Positions 8,904-20,483 of a stretch of 64,000 bases of DNA are shown one piece after another. The position numbers were made by a program, and so were the translations under genes. Numbering within the stretch: the first letter of the stretch is position 1; every line of letters begins with the position of its first letter. The DNA lies in assembly GCA_964575095.1 (NCBI GenBank), contig CAZNPA010000006.1, forward strand, positions 8,361 to 72,360. The letters are read 5' to 3'. The stretch comes from an uncultured Rickettsiales bacterium. Lineage in GTDB: Bacteria > Pseudomonadota > Alphaproteobacteria > Rickettsiales > SXRF01. A model generated the notes under the pieces. The model ran no database searches and was not told the DNA's origin. It saw only the letters and a list, made by a program, of their open reading frames with translations.

Positions 8904-10307
8904 ATGTCCAACGACGTTTTCAAGATGATCAAAGACAACGACATCCAGTTCGTTGATTTCCGTTTCACCGATCCCAAAGGCAAATGGCAGCACACCTGCT
9001 ATATCTCGAGCCAGGTCAACGAGGGCAGCTTCGAAGACGGCATTATGTTCGACGGTTCGTCGATCTCCGGCTGGAAATCGATCAACGAGTCCGACATGAT
9101 TTTGATGCCCGACGCCAAAACCGCATTCGTCGATCCGTTCGCCGCCGCACCGACGTTGGTGCTATTCTGCGACGTCATCGAGCCGTCGACCGGCCAGGCC
9201 TATGGCCGCGATCCGCGCTCCTGCGCCAAGCGCGCCGAGGCGTATCTGCAATATACCGGTCTGGGCGACACCGCTTATTTCGGTCCGGAGCTCGAATTCT
9301 TCGTATTCGACGACGTGCGTTATAAATCTGCCGGTAATTATAGTTTTCACCGCTTAGACAGCGAAGAACTGCCGGTCAACTCCGATAAGGAGTTCCCGGC
9401 CGGCAACATGGGCCACCGTCCCGGCGTCAAAGGCGGCTATTTCCCCGTGCAGCCGATCGATTCCTTGGCCGATCTGCGCTCGGAAATGCTGACGACGCTA
9501 AAAACCGTCGGCGTCGAGCCGGTGCTGCATCACCACGAAGTCGCGCCCGCGCAATGCGAGCTGGGCACGATGTTCTCCACCTTAACCGCCACCGCCGATA
9601 ACGTGCAGAAATACAAATATGTCGTGCACAACGTCGCGCATTCCTACGGCAAGTCGGTAACGTTCATGCCGAAGCCCATTTCCGGCGACAACGGCAGCGG
9701 TATGCACACGCACCAGTCGTTATGGAAAGGCGGCAAGCCGCTTTTCGCCGGCAATGGCTATGCTGACCTCTCCGAAATGTGCCTCTACTACATCGGCGGC
9801 ATCATCAAACACGCGAAATCCATCAACGCCTTCACCAACGCCTCGACCAACAGCTACAAGCGCCTGATCCCCGGTTTCGAAGCGCCGGTGCTGCTCGCTT
9901 ACTCGGCGCGCAACCGTTCGGCGTCGATCCGCATCCCGTATGTCGCCAGCCCCAAAGGCAAGCGCATCGAAGTGCGTTTCCCCGACCCGACCGCGAATCC
10001 GTATCTGGCGTTCGTCGCCATGCTGATGGCGGGTTTGGATGGCATCGAGAACAAAATCCATCCCGGCGACGCGATGGACAAAAACCTCTACGACCTGCCG
10101 CCGGAGGAATTGAAAAACGTTCCGACCGTCTGCGGTTCCTTGCGCGAGGCGCTGGGTGCGCTCGATAAAGACCGCGCCTTCCTCAAGAAAGGCGATGTGA
10201 TGACCGATGACATGATCGACTCCTACATCGACCTCAAAATGCAGGACGTTTATAAGTGGGAGCACACCCCCTGCCCGATCGAATTCGATATGTATTATTC
10301 GGTTTAA
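8904..10307 (+). CDS. glnA: Glutamine synthetase type I
   Basis: 467 aa with [23 protein letters not shown] and the adenylylation-loop-like region [10 protein letters not shown]. Confidence 0.97.
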   Translation: MSNDVFKMIKDNDIQFVDFRFTDPKGKWQHTCYISSQVNEGSFEDGIMFDGSSISGWKSINESDMILMPDAKTAFVDPFAAAPTLVLFCDVIEPSTGQAYGRDPRSCAKRAEAYLQYTGLGDTAYFGPELEFFVFDDVRYKSAGNYSFHRLDSEELPVNSDKEFPAGNMGHRPGVKGGYFPVQPIDSLADLRSEMLTTLKTVGVEPVLHHHEVAPAQCELGTMFSTLTATADNVQKYKYVVHNVAHSYGKSVTFMPKPISGDNGSGMHTHQSLWKGGKPLFAGNGYADLSEMCLYYIGGIIKHAKSINAFTNASTNSYKRLIPGFEAPVLLAYSARNRSASIRIPYVASPKGKRIEVRFPDPTANPYLAFVAMLMAGLDGIENKIHPGDAMDKNLYDLPPEELKNVPTVCGSLREALGALDKDRAFLKKGDVMTDDMIDSYIDLKMQDVYKWEHTPCPIEFDMYYSV

Positions 10308-10312
10308 TTTTT

Positions 10313-10458
10313 AGCTCCCCCTTGAGGGGGGAGCGGGCGAGGCGTTAGCCGAGCCGTGGGGGTGAAGGTTTGCAAACAACTTTGTTGTTTGCAATACCCC
10401 TCACGCTTCGAGCAGCGCCTACGGCTTGCTCTCAGCCGCTCTCCCCCAAGGGGAGAGC
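10313..10458. repeat. Nested-palindrome element, copy 1 (intergenic, after glnA)
   Basis: Terminal hairpins GCTCCCCCTTGAGGGGGGAGC and CTCTCCCCCAAGGGGAGAG flank an inner stem GCCGTGGGGGTGA...CCCCTCACGC. Same architecture as the copies at 16045, 44223, 45574, 56813 and 57987. Confidence 0.85.
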
Positions 10459-10465
10459 AATAAAT

Positions 10466-10496
10466 AAAAAAGGGAGCCACCCGGCTCCCTTTTTTG
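10466..10496. terminator. Bidirectional intrinsic terminator (glnA and convergent orphan operon)
   Basis: AAAAAA-GGGAGCC-ACCC-GGCTCCC-TTTTTT: a 7-bp GC stem flanked by an A-run and a T-run. Confidence 0.75.
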
Positions 10497-10510
10497 TTTA
10501 CGCTTATATC

Positions 10511-10903
10511 TCAGCCCAGAATGCGCGGAACTTTCCGGCTGGCTCTCTCTATCTGTTCCTGTTGCATCACCGCCAATTCAGCGCCGACCAACCCGGCGAG
10601 TGCGCCGTCCTGTTCCCCTGCCAAATTGGGATATCTATGTGACGCACGCGCGATGGCGATGGCGATAATCTGTTCTGCCGCGCGCGTAGAATCGATAAGG
10701 TTTGCCAATCCCTCCAGCGCCGGATAATTATGCGTATCGCGCTGCAAGCGCGCTAAAATTGGATCGGAACCCTCCGAGCCATCGAGGTCGATTTCTCCCT
10801 CCGAACCAAGCCATTCGTCCAGCGAACTGGGAACTGGATTCCTTGCCGCATGACGCGCCGAATGCGGCCCGACGATTGGTTTTTCATTGTCGCCTTTTGC
10901 CAT
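10511..10903 (-). CDS. Hypothetical protein (orphan operon, gene 4)
   Basis: 130-aa ORF with AAGGAG 6 nt upstream of the ATG. I recognise no family. Confidence 0.55.
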   Translation of the reverse strand: MAKGDNEKPIVGPHSARHAARNPVPSSLDEWLGSEGEIDLDGSEGSDPILARLQRDTHNYPALEGLANLIDSTRAAEQIIAIAIARASHRYPNLAGEQDGALAGLVGAELAVMQQEQIERASRKVPRILG

Positions 10904-10912
10904 TTTTTCTCC

Positions 10913-11125
10913 TTAACCTCGGCCAGCGCCAGTGGAAGGAGGCGTGCCGCGTTTGGCGTTGTTCGCTTTGGTTCCCATCAGGCTTGGAAGATCGGCGCCC
11001 TTTGTTCCGAGATCATCCGGGATGTGCGTTTCCTTGGGCATATATTGCTCCTGTATATTTCTGATAACTCCACCGCCATTGACATTTTGCGGCCGGTTTA
11101 AATCATGCGGATTATCACTTCCCAT
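10913..11125 (-). CDS. Hypothetical low-complexity protein (orphan operon, gene 3)
   Basis: 70 aa, Gly/Pro/Asn-rich, with AAGGGAG upstream of the ATG. Confidence 0.45.
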   Translation of the reverse strand: MGSDNPHDLNRPQNVNGGGVIRNIQEQYMPKETHIPDDLGTKGADLPSLMGTKANNAKRGTPPSTGAGRG

Positions 11126-11159
11126 ACTGCACTCCCTTTATCTACCGTTTTTCAACAAC

Positions 11160-11537
11160 TCAACAGCCGATGCCGCCGGGGCCGGTTGGGCGCCATACTT
11201 CTGGCGTTCTCTTGTCATTTATTTTTCTGGTCTCTTCGCCTACGACCGGTTTTGTTGCGCCACCATCAGCGCGCCCACCCATCGGCATGTCGAGAAGGCG
11301 CCAATCGGTGTGACGCTCCAACAGATCATCGGCGGCGGCTTGAGGGTTGTCTCGCGACGGCGGGGTACCATGAGGCGGCATATCCGCGGGAAGATCGACC
11401 GTATAGCCTTTTCCCTCGGCCTGCAGCTTCGACATTTCCCCCTGCGCCAGTCTTGCAAGCTCAAGTTGGGTTCGCCTTAGATTGGTGTTATTATCCTCAT
11501 CACCCGGATCATTGTCTTGAATGATGTCTTTGGGCAT
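11160..11537 (-). CDS. Hypothetical acidic, probably disordered protein (orphan operon, gene 2)
   Basis: 125 aa with AAGGGAGGAA upstream of the ATG. No recognised domain. Confidence 0.5.
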   Translation of the reverse strand: MPKDIIQDNDPGDEDNNTNLRRTQLELARLAQGEMSKLQAEGKGYTVDLPADMPPHGTPPSRDNPQAAADDLLERHTDWRLLDMPMGGRADGGATKPVVGEETRKINDKRTPEVWRPTGPGGIGC

Positions 11538-11562
11538 GGAATTCCTCCCTTATGGGTAAGTA

Positions 11563-12084
11563 CTACTGCTGCTGCATCGCGGCGTGGTGCATCATCAGCG
11601 CGATGCGCGCGTCGCGGACTTTGAGGGCTTCAAGCTCGGCCTTGCCCATCAAATTCGCCAGCGAGATTTGTACGAAGTCGAGGAAGATGACCATCACGCG
11701 TTCAATCTGACGCTGGATTTTGGTGACGATGGCGTCGGCGATATTGGCGGCGTTCTTGCCGGCGGCGCGCACCTGTGTACGATATTCATGAATGGCGGTA
11801 TAAATGCGGCGCAGCGCCGCCTCGATGTGCGATTTGCTGGCGCGGTTTTTCGCTTTCGGTTTAGTGCTTTCGGCAATCAATATAAATTCTTCGGTCAGCA
11901 CGTCGGTCGCTTCGCCGATCTCATGGATCAGCGGCTCGACCAATTGCAATTGCAGATCAGGATCGGCGGTCAGCTTGCTTTCCGCAGTGTCAACCAGCTC
12001 GCCGGCAAGATCGTATAGCGCTGCGATCTCGTTGTAGCGCTGCTCCAGTTCTTCGGTGCTGGAATGTTTTTTCTCTACCGTCAT
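11563..12084 (-). CDS. Hypothetical helical protein (orphan operon, gene 1)
   Basis: 173 aa, predicted all-helical with heptad-like E/L/A-rich segments. GAGGGA lies upstream. Confidence 0.55.
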   Translation of the reverse strand: MTVEKKHSSTEELEQRYNEIAALYDLAGELVDTAESKLTADPDLQLQLVEPLIHEIGEATDVLTEEFILIAESTKPKAKNRASKSHIEAALRRIYTAIHEYRTQVRAAGKNAANIADAIVTKIQRQIERVMVIFLDFVQISLANLMGKAELEALKVRDARIALMMHHAAMQQQ

Positions 12085-12620
12085 AATCTTTTTATATCCC
12101 TCGAAATTATTACCGCCGCATGCGGCGTGTTACTATGTTGTTAATTATTGTAACCCAAAGTAATAATTTTTGTATGACAGTTTTATGACATTTGTATGCG
12201 GCATGAATACCGCATTTTCAATGGATTAGCTGACACGTCGCCGCAAAAACAGTCAGAACAGGACTTTCTCCGGCGATTTTCCTTAAGAATGCGGATTAAG
12301 AATGCGGGTGCTGGTGCGATTCCGAATAATCCATCCAGATCACTTTGATGACTTCGAGCAGACTGAACATATGTGAAACTCCTCCATTGTCAGCATTAGC
12401 AGGTAAATATTAAGGGGTGATTAACGCGCAACGCAGCGCGCCAGATACCCCCGATTTGGGCAAAAAATGTGTCATTTTTGCCCACATTTAACCTCGCTTT
12501 TTTGGCATTTAACCCCAGTTTTGCGTCGTTTTGCCACGCCCACTCCGCGCCCCGCCCCGCCTCTATAGAGCGCCGCATTTTTTATTTTACTACAGGGAGA
12601 AATGCCCCGGAAGGGGGAAA

Positions 12621-15168
<2,548 letters not shown>

Positions 15169-15197
15169 TGTCTTAATTATAGCCTTGCGCCGCACCT

Positions 15198-16334
15198 ATG
15201 GCAAAGAACAAAAAACACTACGCTTTCCACCAGCGGCTTGCCCGCTGGTATGAAGCGAACGGCCGCAAGACATTGCCGTGGCGCACGACGCGCGACCCTT
15301 ACGCCATCTATGTCAGCGAAATCATGCTGCAGCAGACGCAGGTCAAGACCGTGCAGGAGCGCTATTATTTCCAATTCCTGAAGCGTTTCCCGACGTTAGA
15401 AGCTCTGGCGGCGGCAAAACGTCAGGATGTGCTCAAAGCCTGGCAGGGGCTGGGGTATTATAACCGCGCCGTGAATTTGCATGAAGCGGCGAAGCAGATA
15501 ACCGGGATTCGGGATTGGGGATTAGGGATTGGGGAAAGGCAGAAGAGGAATATTCTTCAAACCCGAAGCCCGAACCCCGAATCCTTAATCCCGACTTTAA
15601 TGTCCCTGCCCGGTATCGGCCGCAATACCGCCCATGCCGTGGCCGCGTTTGCCTACCACACGCCGGTGGCGGTGATGGAAGCCAACGTCAAGCGCGTGCT
15701 GTCGCGGATATTTGCGCTAGAAAACCCAACCGCGGATGCATTGTGGGAACATGCGACGGCGCTGCTCGATACCAAGAACCCGTTCGATTACAATCAGGCG
15801 ATGATGGATATCGGCGCGATGGTTTGCACCAAGCGCGCGCCAAGATGCAAAGAGTGCCCGGCGAATGCAATCTGTGCGGGCACGGCATCGCCTGAATCTT
15901 ATCCGGCGGCCAAGATCAAAAAAGCAACGCCGGTGCGAAAGAAGTATATTTTCCTGCTGCGCAATAACGCGGGAGAATATTTCGCCGAGCCGCGGAAGGG
16001 GAAATTCTTGAACGGCATGTATGGCTTTGTTGAAAAAAATATCTGCTCCCCCCTTGAGGGGGAGCGGGCGAGGACAAGCGATAGCGATGTTCGAGCCGTG
16101 GGGGGTAAGGTTTGCGCTTCGCGCAACACCCCTCTCCCTAACCATCTCCCTCAAGGGGAGAGGGAATATTTAGGCGCCATCCGTCAGCAATATTCGCATT
16201 TTACGCTGGAGGCGGAGGTGTATCTTCAAAAAGCGCAAGGCAGCGGCAAGGATTGGCACTCCTTTTCAAAGCTAAAAAAGTTTCCATTCTCTATGGCAGA
16301 ATTAAAAATCTTGAAGTTACTGGAAGCGGCATGA
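15198..16334 (+). CDS. mutY: A/G-specific adenine DNA glycosylase carrying two in-frame palindromic insertions
   Basis: Contains LPWRTTRDPYAIYVSEIMLQQTQV, the HhH motif LPGIGRNTAHAV, the FeS cluster motif CTKRAPRCKECPANAIC and a C-terminal NUDIX-like domain. Confidence 0.9.
   Translation: MAKNKKHYAFHQRLARWYEANGRKTLPWRTTRDPYAIYVSEIMLQQTQVKTVQERYYFQFLKRFPTLEALAAAKRQDVLKAWQGLGYYNRAVNLHEAAKQITGIRDWGLGIGERQKRNILQTRSPNPESLIPTLMSLPGIGRNTAHAVAAFAYHTPVAVMEANVKRVLSRIFALENPTADALWEHATALLDTKNPFDYNQAMMDIGAMVCTKRAPRCKECPANAICAGTASPESYPAAKIKKATPVRKKYIFLLRNNAGEYFAEPRKGKFLNGMYGFVEKNICSPLEGERARTSDSDVRAVGGKVCASRNTPLPNHLPQGEREYLGAIRQQYSHFTLEAEVYLQKAQGSGKDWHSFSKLKKFPFSMAELKILKLLEAA
15502..15594. repeat. Imperfect palindrome with GGGATTN heptad periodicity, inside mutY
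   Basis: CCGGGATTCGGGATTGGGGATTAGGGATTGGGG ... CCCGAAGCCCGAACCCCGAATCCTTAATCCCGA. Translated in-frame it gives GIRDWGLGIGERQKRNILQTRSPNPESL. Confidence 0.75.
16045..16163. repeat. Nested-palindrome element, copy 2 (in-frame inside mutY)
   Basis: GCTCCCCCCTTGAGGGGGAGCGGGCGAG ... GAGCCGTGGGGGGTAAGG ... CTCCCTCAAGGGGAGAG. Read in-frame it gives SPLEGERARTSDSDVRAVGGKVCASRNTPLPNHLPQGER. Confidence 0.85.
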
Positions 16335-17392
16335 ACCAAACCGATGTCCTCATCGCTGGCGGTGGATTCGCAGGGCTTATGTGCGCGAAAGCCCTGGCCG
16401 AGCGCGGCGTTTCCGTCATCGTGCTGGAACGCAAGGCGGCGGCAGGCGTCGGGATGCACACCACCGGCATCATCGTCAAGGAATGTGCCGATGAATTCGC
16501 CCTGCCCGACCATTTGGTGCGCAAAGTCACCGACGTGCGACTGTATGCGCCGTCGCTCAAGCATGTGGATTTGAAATCACCGGATTATTTCTTCCTGACC
16601 ACCGATACACCGGCCTTGATGAAGCATCTCTCGGCGCAGGCGGAAGCCGCCGGCGCGAAAATCGTCTATGACACGCCCTATGAATCGGGTGAGCCGATGG
16701 GCGAAGGCTACATTATCAACGGGCTTTACGGCTGCCAGTTTCTAATCGGCGCCGACGGCCCGCGCTCGAAAGTGGCCGACGATTTCAATTTAGGCCAAAA
16801 TAAGGAATTCCTGCTGGGCGCCGAAGCCGAATATGTCAATCTGCCTTTGGATAATAATAATGCGTTTTATTGTTTCCTCGACCAGACCATCGCGCATGGT
16901 TATCTCGGCTGGGTCATCCCCGGCGTCGGCGTGGCGCAGGTGGGGCTGGCGACGCGGATGCCCAAAAAACCGGATATCGACGTTTTTGTGAACCGCATGC
17001 AGGATATTTTCGATTTTTCACACGCCTCGGTTGCGGCGCGGCGCGGCGGGCTGATTCCCTGCGGCGGACTGGTCGAGCCGTTTGCAAAAGATAACGTGAT
17101 TTTGCTGGGCGACGCGGCTGGCATCGTATCGCCGCTCACCGCCGGCGGCATCCACACCGCGCTCCACTACGGAAAAATTCTGGGCGAAACGCTGGCCGCC
17201 CATATAAAAGAAGGCGGCGGGCATCCGGCGGCGGCCATGGCGCGCATCTACCCGCGCTTTCCGTTCAAGCAGATGCTGCGCAAGGCCTATGAACGCACGC
17301 CCAACTGGGCGATTGATGTTGGTCTCACCAACCCTCTTTTTAAAGCGTTTGCCGGCGGCGTATTCTTCATGAAAAAGCGTCTGCCGGAGTAA
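16331..17392 (+). CDS. FAD-dependent oxidoreductase, geranylgeranyl-reductase family
   Basis: Contains DVLIAGGGFAGLMCAKALAERG, GADGPRS and LLGDAAGIVSPLTAGGI. Its ATG overlaps the mutY stop (ATGA). Confidence 0.75.
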   Translation: MNQTDVLIAGGGFAGLMCAKALAERGVSVIVLERKAAAGVGMHTTGIIVKECADEFALPDHLVRKVTDVRLYAPSLKHVDLKSPDYFFLTTDTPALMKHLSAQAEAAGAKIVYDTPYESGEPMGEGYIINGLYGCQFLIGADGPRSKVADDFNLGQNKEFLLGAEAEYVNLPLDNNNAFYCFLDQTIAHGYLGWVIPGVGVAQVGLATRMPKKPDIDVFVNRMQDIFDFSHASVAARRGGLIPCGGLVEPFAKDNVILLGDAAGIVSPLTAGGIHTALHYGKILGETLAAHIKEGGGHPAAAMARIYPRFPFKQMLRKAYERTPNWAIDVGLTNPLFKAFAGGVFFMKKRLPE

Positions 17393-17524
17393 GTTAAAAA
17401 ATCATGAAGATTTTTGTGGCGTAACGAAAATAAATCCGATAGGGTTAGCCCGTATATTGAGTAAACGCCGCTAGGGCGGCGACTCATGGTGTAAAAGATT
17501 CACATCTCTTGAAGGAGAGTTTTT

Positions 17525-18202
17525 ATGTTCCGTCGCAAGGAAGAAGACAACCTGTTCAGCAACAGCGCCGATCCGCATCAGGCCCCGTCCGATGCCGTAG
17601 AACCGGCCGCTGCTCCCGCCCACGCCGCTAACAGCGGCTATGGCAGCAACACTCCCGCCCCGTCGGCCAACGTCTCGACGCGTTTCTCTCCCGAACCGCG
17701 CCCGAGCTCGTTCCGCAACACAGCCGCCCCGCTTCCTTCCGATTTAAGCCGCAGCCGCCTGCCGGATTCCAAGCCGGGCAGCGCCTCCGCTTCCGGCCTC
17801 GCTGAAAAAGGCAGCAAATCACGCCGCGTGCTGACCGTCGGCAACGACATCCTCTTGAAAGGCGAAATCGCCACCTGCGACCGCCTGGTCATCGAAGGCA
17901 AGGTCGACGCCACGCTTAACGACGTGCACACGGTCGAAATCGCTGAAACCGGCTCGTTCAAAGGCTCGGCGCAGATCGAAGATGCCGAGATCAGCGGCCT
18001 GTTCGAAGGTGACCTCGTTGTTCGCGGCCGTTTGGTGATTTACGGCACCGGCAGAGTCCGCGGCAAAATCAGCTACGGCGAAGTCGAGATCGAACGCGGC
18101 GGAGAGCTCTCCGGCGAAATCAAGTGCGGCAACAATGCCCAGAGCGCCAGCGCTCCCCGCGCCGGCCAGCGTCAACCGGCTAAGGATGCCGTCGCCGCTT
18201 AA
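17525..18202 (+). CDS. Bactofilin-family cytoskeletal protein
   Basis: Pro/Ser-rich N-terminus followed by a beta-helix core: LLKGEIATCDRLVIEGKVDATL...GSAQIEDAEISGLFEGDLVVRGRLVIYGTGRVRGKISYGEVEIERGGELSGEI. Confidence 0.85.
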   Translation: MFRRKEEDNLFSNSADPHQAPSDAVEPAAAPAHAANSGYGSNTPAPSANVSTRFSPEPRPSSFRNTAAPLPSDLSRSRLPDSKPGSASASGLAEKGSKSRRVLTVGNDILLKGEIATCDRLVIEGKVDATLNDVHTVEIAETGSFKGSAQIEDAEISGLFEGDLVVRGRLVIYGTGRVRGKISYGEVEIERGGELSGEIKCGNNAQSASAPRAGQRQPAKDAVAA

Positions 18203-18221
18203 TTGTACTTCATACAAAAAG

Positions 18222-18250
18222 AAAAAGCCCGCTTCTAGCGGGCTTTTTTT
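18222..18250. terminator. Bidirectional intrinsic terminator (bactofilin gene / rnhA)
   Basis: AAAAA-GCCCGC-TTCTA-GCGGGC-TTTTTTT. The rnhA stop codon lies in the loop. Confidence 0.75.
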
Positions 18251-18672
18251 ATGGCGTCCGTCGCCAGTATGTCGGCGCGTTCGTTTTCGGGATGGCCATC
18301 ATGTCCGCGCACCCAGTGCCATTTCACCTCATGCTTATCAGCGGCTTCTTCCAAGCGTTGCCATAAATCAGAATTTTTCACTGGTTTTTTATCGGCGGTT
18401 TTCCAGCCGCGCTTTTTCCAGTCCTTGAGCCACTCGGTCATGCCTTGCTTGACGTACTTGCTGTCGGTGGTGAGGTCAACGCGGCAATGTTCCTTCAAGG
18501 ATTCGAGCGCGCGGATAGCCGCCATCATCTCCATGCGGTTGTTGGTGGTGTCGGCTTCGTGCCCCGACAGCTCCTTTTCGGTTTTGCCGTAGACCAATAT
18601 CGCGCCCCAGCCGCCCGGCCCGGGATTTCCCGAACAGGCGCCGTCGGTATAGATGCGGACATGTTTTTTCAT
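18235..18672 (-). CDS. rnhA: Ribonuclease HI
   Basis: 145 aa with [30 protein letters not shown] and [15 protein letters not shown]. Confidence 0.96.
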   Translation of the reverse strand: MKKHVRIYTDGACSGNPGPGGWGAILVYGKTEKELSGHEADTTNNRMEMMAAIRALESLKEHCRVDLTTDSKYVKQGMTEWLKDWKKRGWKTADKKPVKNSDLWQRLEEAADKHEVKWHWVRGHDGHPENERADILATDAIKKAR

Positions 18673-19649
18673 ATGCCGTACCCATGATAGTCTTCCACCT
18701 CGCGGTGAAAACGCAGTTTGGCGATATATTCCTTGGGATCCTTGGGCGTAACCATCGCCGCGGAATCGCGGTGGAGCCAGTCGTGGCTGCGCGTCATGAT
18801 GATGCGCAATGCCGCCGCGCGCGCCAAAACCGGCATGGCGTCGCGCTCGGCATCGGTCAGCGGGCGGCGGCGCTCATAGGCGGCGAAAAACGCCTGCGCA
18901 CGCTCCGGGATAAACATTGCGTCGGCATCGAAGCACCAGGCGTTGACGCAGATCATCAGGTCATAAAGCCAGAAATCGTTGGCGGCGAAATAAAAATCGA
19001 TGACGCCGGAAAGGCGCGGATGCCCCCAAATATCCTCGATGAAAAATACATTGTCGGGAAAAAGGTCGGTATGGACGATACCGCGCGGCAGGCCGGTAGG
19101 CCAGTGCGTGTTCAGGAAATCCAGCTCTTTGGTGAGCTCAGCCTCGCAACCGGGTGTGATTTCGTCGGCGCGGTGGCGAAAGCGGATGAACAGCTGCTGC
19201 CAGCCATCGATGGATAGCGCGTTGCGGCGCGTTTCCAGAAATCCCTCCGCCGCCAGATGCATACGCGCCGCCAGATCGCCGAGCACGGTGAGATGCGCCG
19301 GCGTGATGCGCGGATTGTTCTTTCCTTCGACAAAACTGACAATCGCCGCCGGTTTATTTTTCAACGTATAAAGCACGCCGCCGTCTTTGCCTTTAACCGG
19401 CTTCGGGCACGGAATGCCGCGCTCCGCAAGCCACTCGGTCAGGTGCATGAAAAACGGCAGGTCGCGCCCTTCCGTGCGCCGCTCGAAGACGGTGAGAATG
19501 TATTTTCTCTGCTCCATACCGACGGTAAGCAGGTAATTGCTGTTCTCAACACCCTCGGCGATGCCTTCAGCGGAAACAAGTTTTCCCAGCGGATACTGGG
19601 ACAGGAAGTTTTCGATGTCCTGACGGGAAAGCTGGGTGTAAACGGCCAT
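18669..19649 (-). CDS. thrB: Homoserine kinase (APH-fold ThrB type)
   Basis: 326 aa beginning [19 protein letters not shown], with [10 protein letters not shown] and [13 protein letters not shown]. Confidence 0.88.
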   Translation of the reverse strand: MAVYTQLSRQDIENFLSQYPLGKLVSAEGIAEGVENSNYLLTVGMEQRKYILTVFERRTEGRDLPFFMHLTEWLAERGIPCPKPVKGKDGGVLYTLKNKPAAIVSFVEGKNNPRITPAHLTVLGDLAARMHLAAEGFLETRRNALSIDGWQQLFIRFRHRADEITPGCEAELTKELDFLNTHWPTGLPRGIVHTDLFPDNVFFIEDIWGHPRLSGVIDFYFAANDFWLYDLMICVNAWCFDADAMFIPERAQAFFAAYERRRPLTDAERDAMPVLARAAALRIIMTRSHDWLHRDSAAMVTPKDPKEYIAKLRFHREVEDYHGYGI

Positions 19650-19653
19650 AGGT

Positions 19654-20463
19654 TTAGACGGCGCGTTTCACCATCAGCTTCTTGATTTCGGCGATGGCTT
19701 TGCCGGGGTTGAGGCCCTTGGGGCAGGTTTTGGCGCAGTTCATGATGGTGTGGCAGCGGTAGAGCTTGAACGGATCCTCAAGATCGTCCAGACGCTCGCC
19801 GGTCGCCTCGTCGCGGCTGTCGATGATCCAGCGGTAGGCGGCGAGCAGCACGGCGGGGCCGAGATAGCGGTCGGGATTCCACCAATAGCTGGGGCAGCTT
19901 GTGGAGCAGCAGGCGCAGAGGATGCATTCGTAAAGCCCGTCGAGCTTGGCGCGGTCTTCGGGCGATTGCAGACGCTCACGGCCGGCGGGCGGCGCGCTGG
20001 TCGCCTGCAGCCACGGCTTGATCGATTCGTACTGCGCGTAAAAATGCGTCATATCCGGCACTAAATCTTTCACCACCTTCATGTGCGGCAGCGGATAAAT
20101 GTTCACCTCACCATTCACATCCTCGATCGGCTTGGTGCAGGCCAGCGTGTTGGTGCCGTCGATGTTCATGGCGCAGGAGCCGCAGATGCCCTCGCGGCAC
20201 GAGCGGCGAAAGGTGAGCGTCGAATCGGTCTCGTCTTTGATTTTTATCAGCGCATCGAGCACCATCGGCGCGCAGGAATCCATGTCGACTTCGTATTTAT
20301 CGAGGCGCGGGTTTTTCGGGTTGCCCTTATCATCTTGATCTTCCGGGTCGAAGCGGTAGATGTTAAAAATTTTCTTGCGCTTGCTGCCTTCGGGCGCCGC
20401 GTGCGTCTTTCCCTTGCCGACTTTGGAATTGGGGGGAAGCCTGAGTTCTGCCATAGCGTTCAA
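19654..20463 (-). CDS. sdhB: Succinate dehydrogenase iron-sulfur subunit
   Basis: Contains [28 protein letters not shown] and [15 protein letters not shown]. Confidence 0.97.
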   Translation of the reverse strand: MNAMAELRLPPNSKVGKGKTHAAPEGSKRKKIFNIYRFDPEDQDDKGNPKNPRLDKYEVDMDSCAPMVLDALIKIKDETDSTLTFRRSCREGICGSCAMNIDGTNTLACTKPIEDVNGEVNIYPLPHMKVVKDLVPDMTHFYAQYESIKPWLQATSAPPAGRERLQSPEDRAKLDGLYECILCACCSTSCPSYWWNPDRYLGPAVLLAAYRWIIDSRDEATGERLDDLEDPFKLYRCHTIMNCAKTCPKGLNPGKAIAEIKKLMVKRAV

Positions 20464-20483
20464 CCTTATCTGGAATTGGTTAC

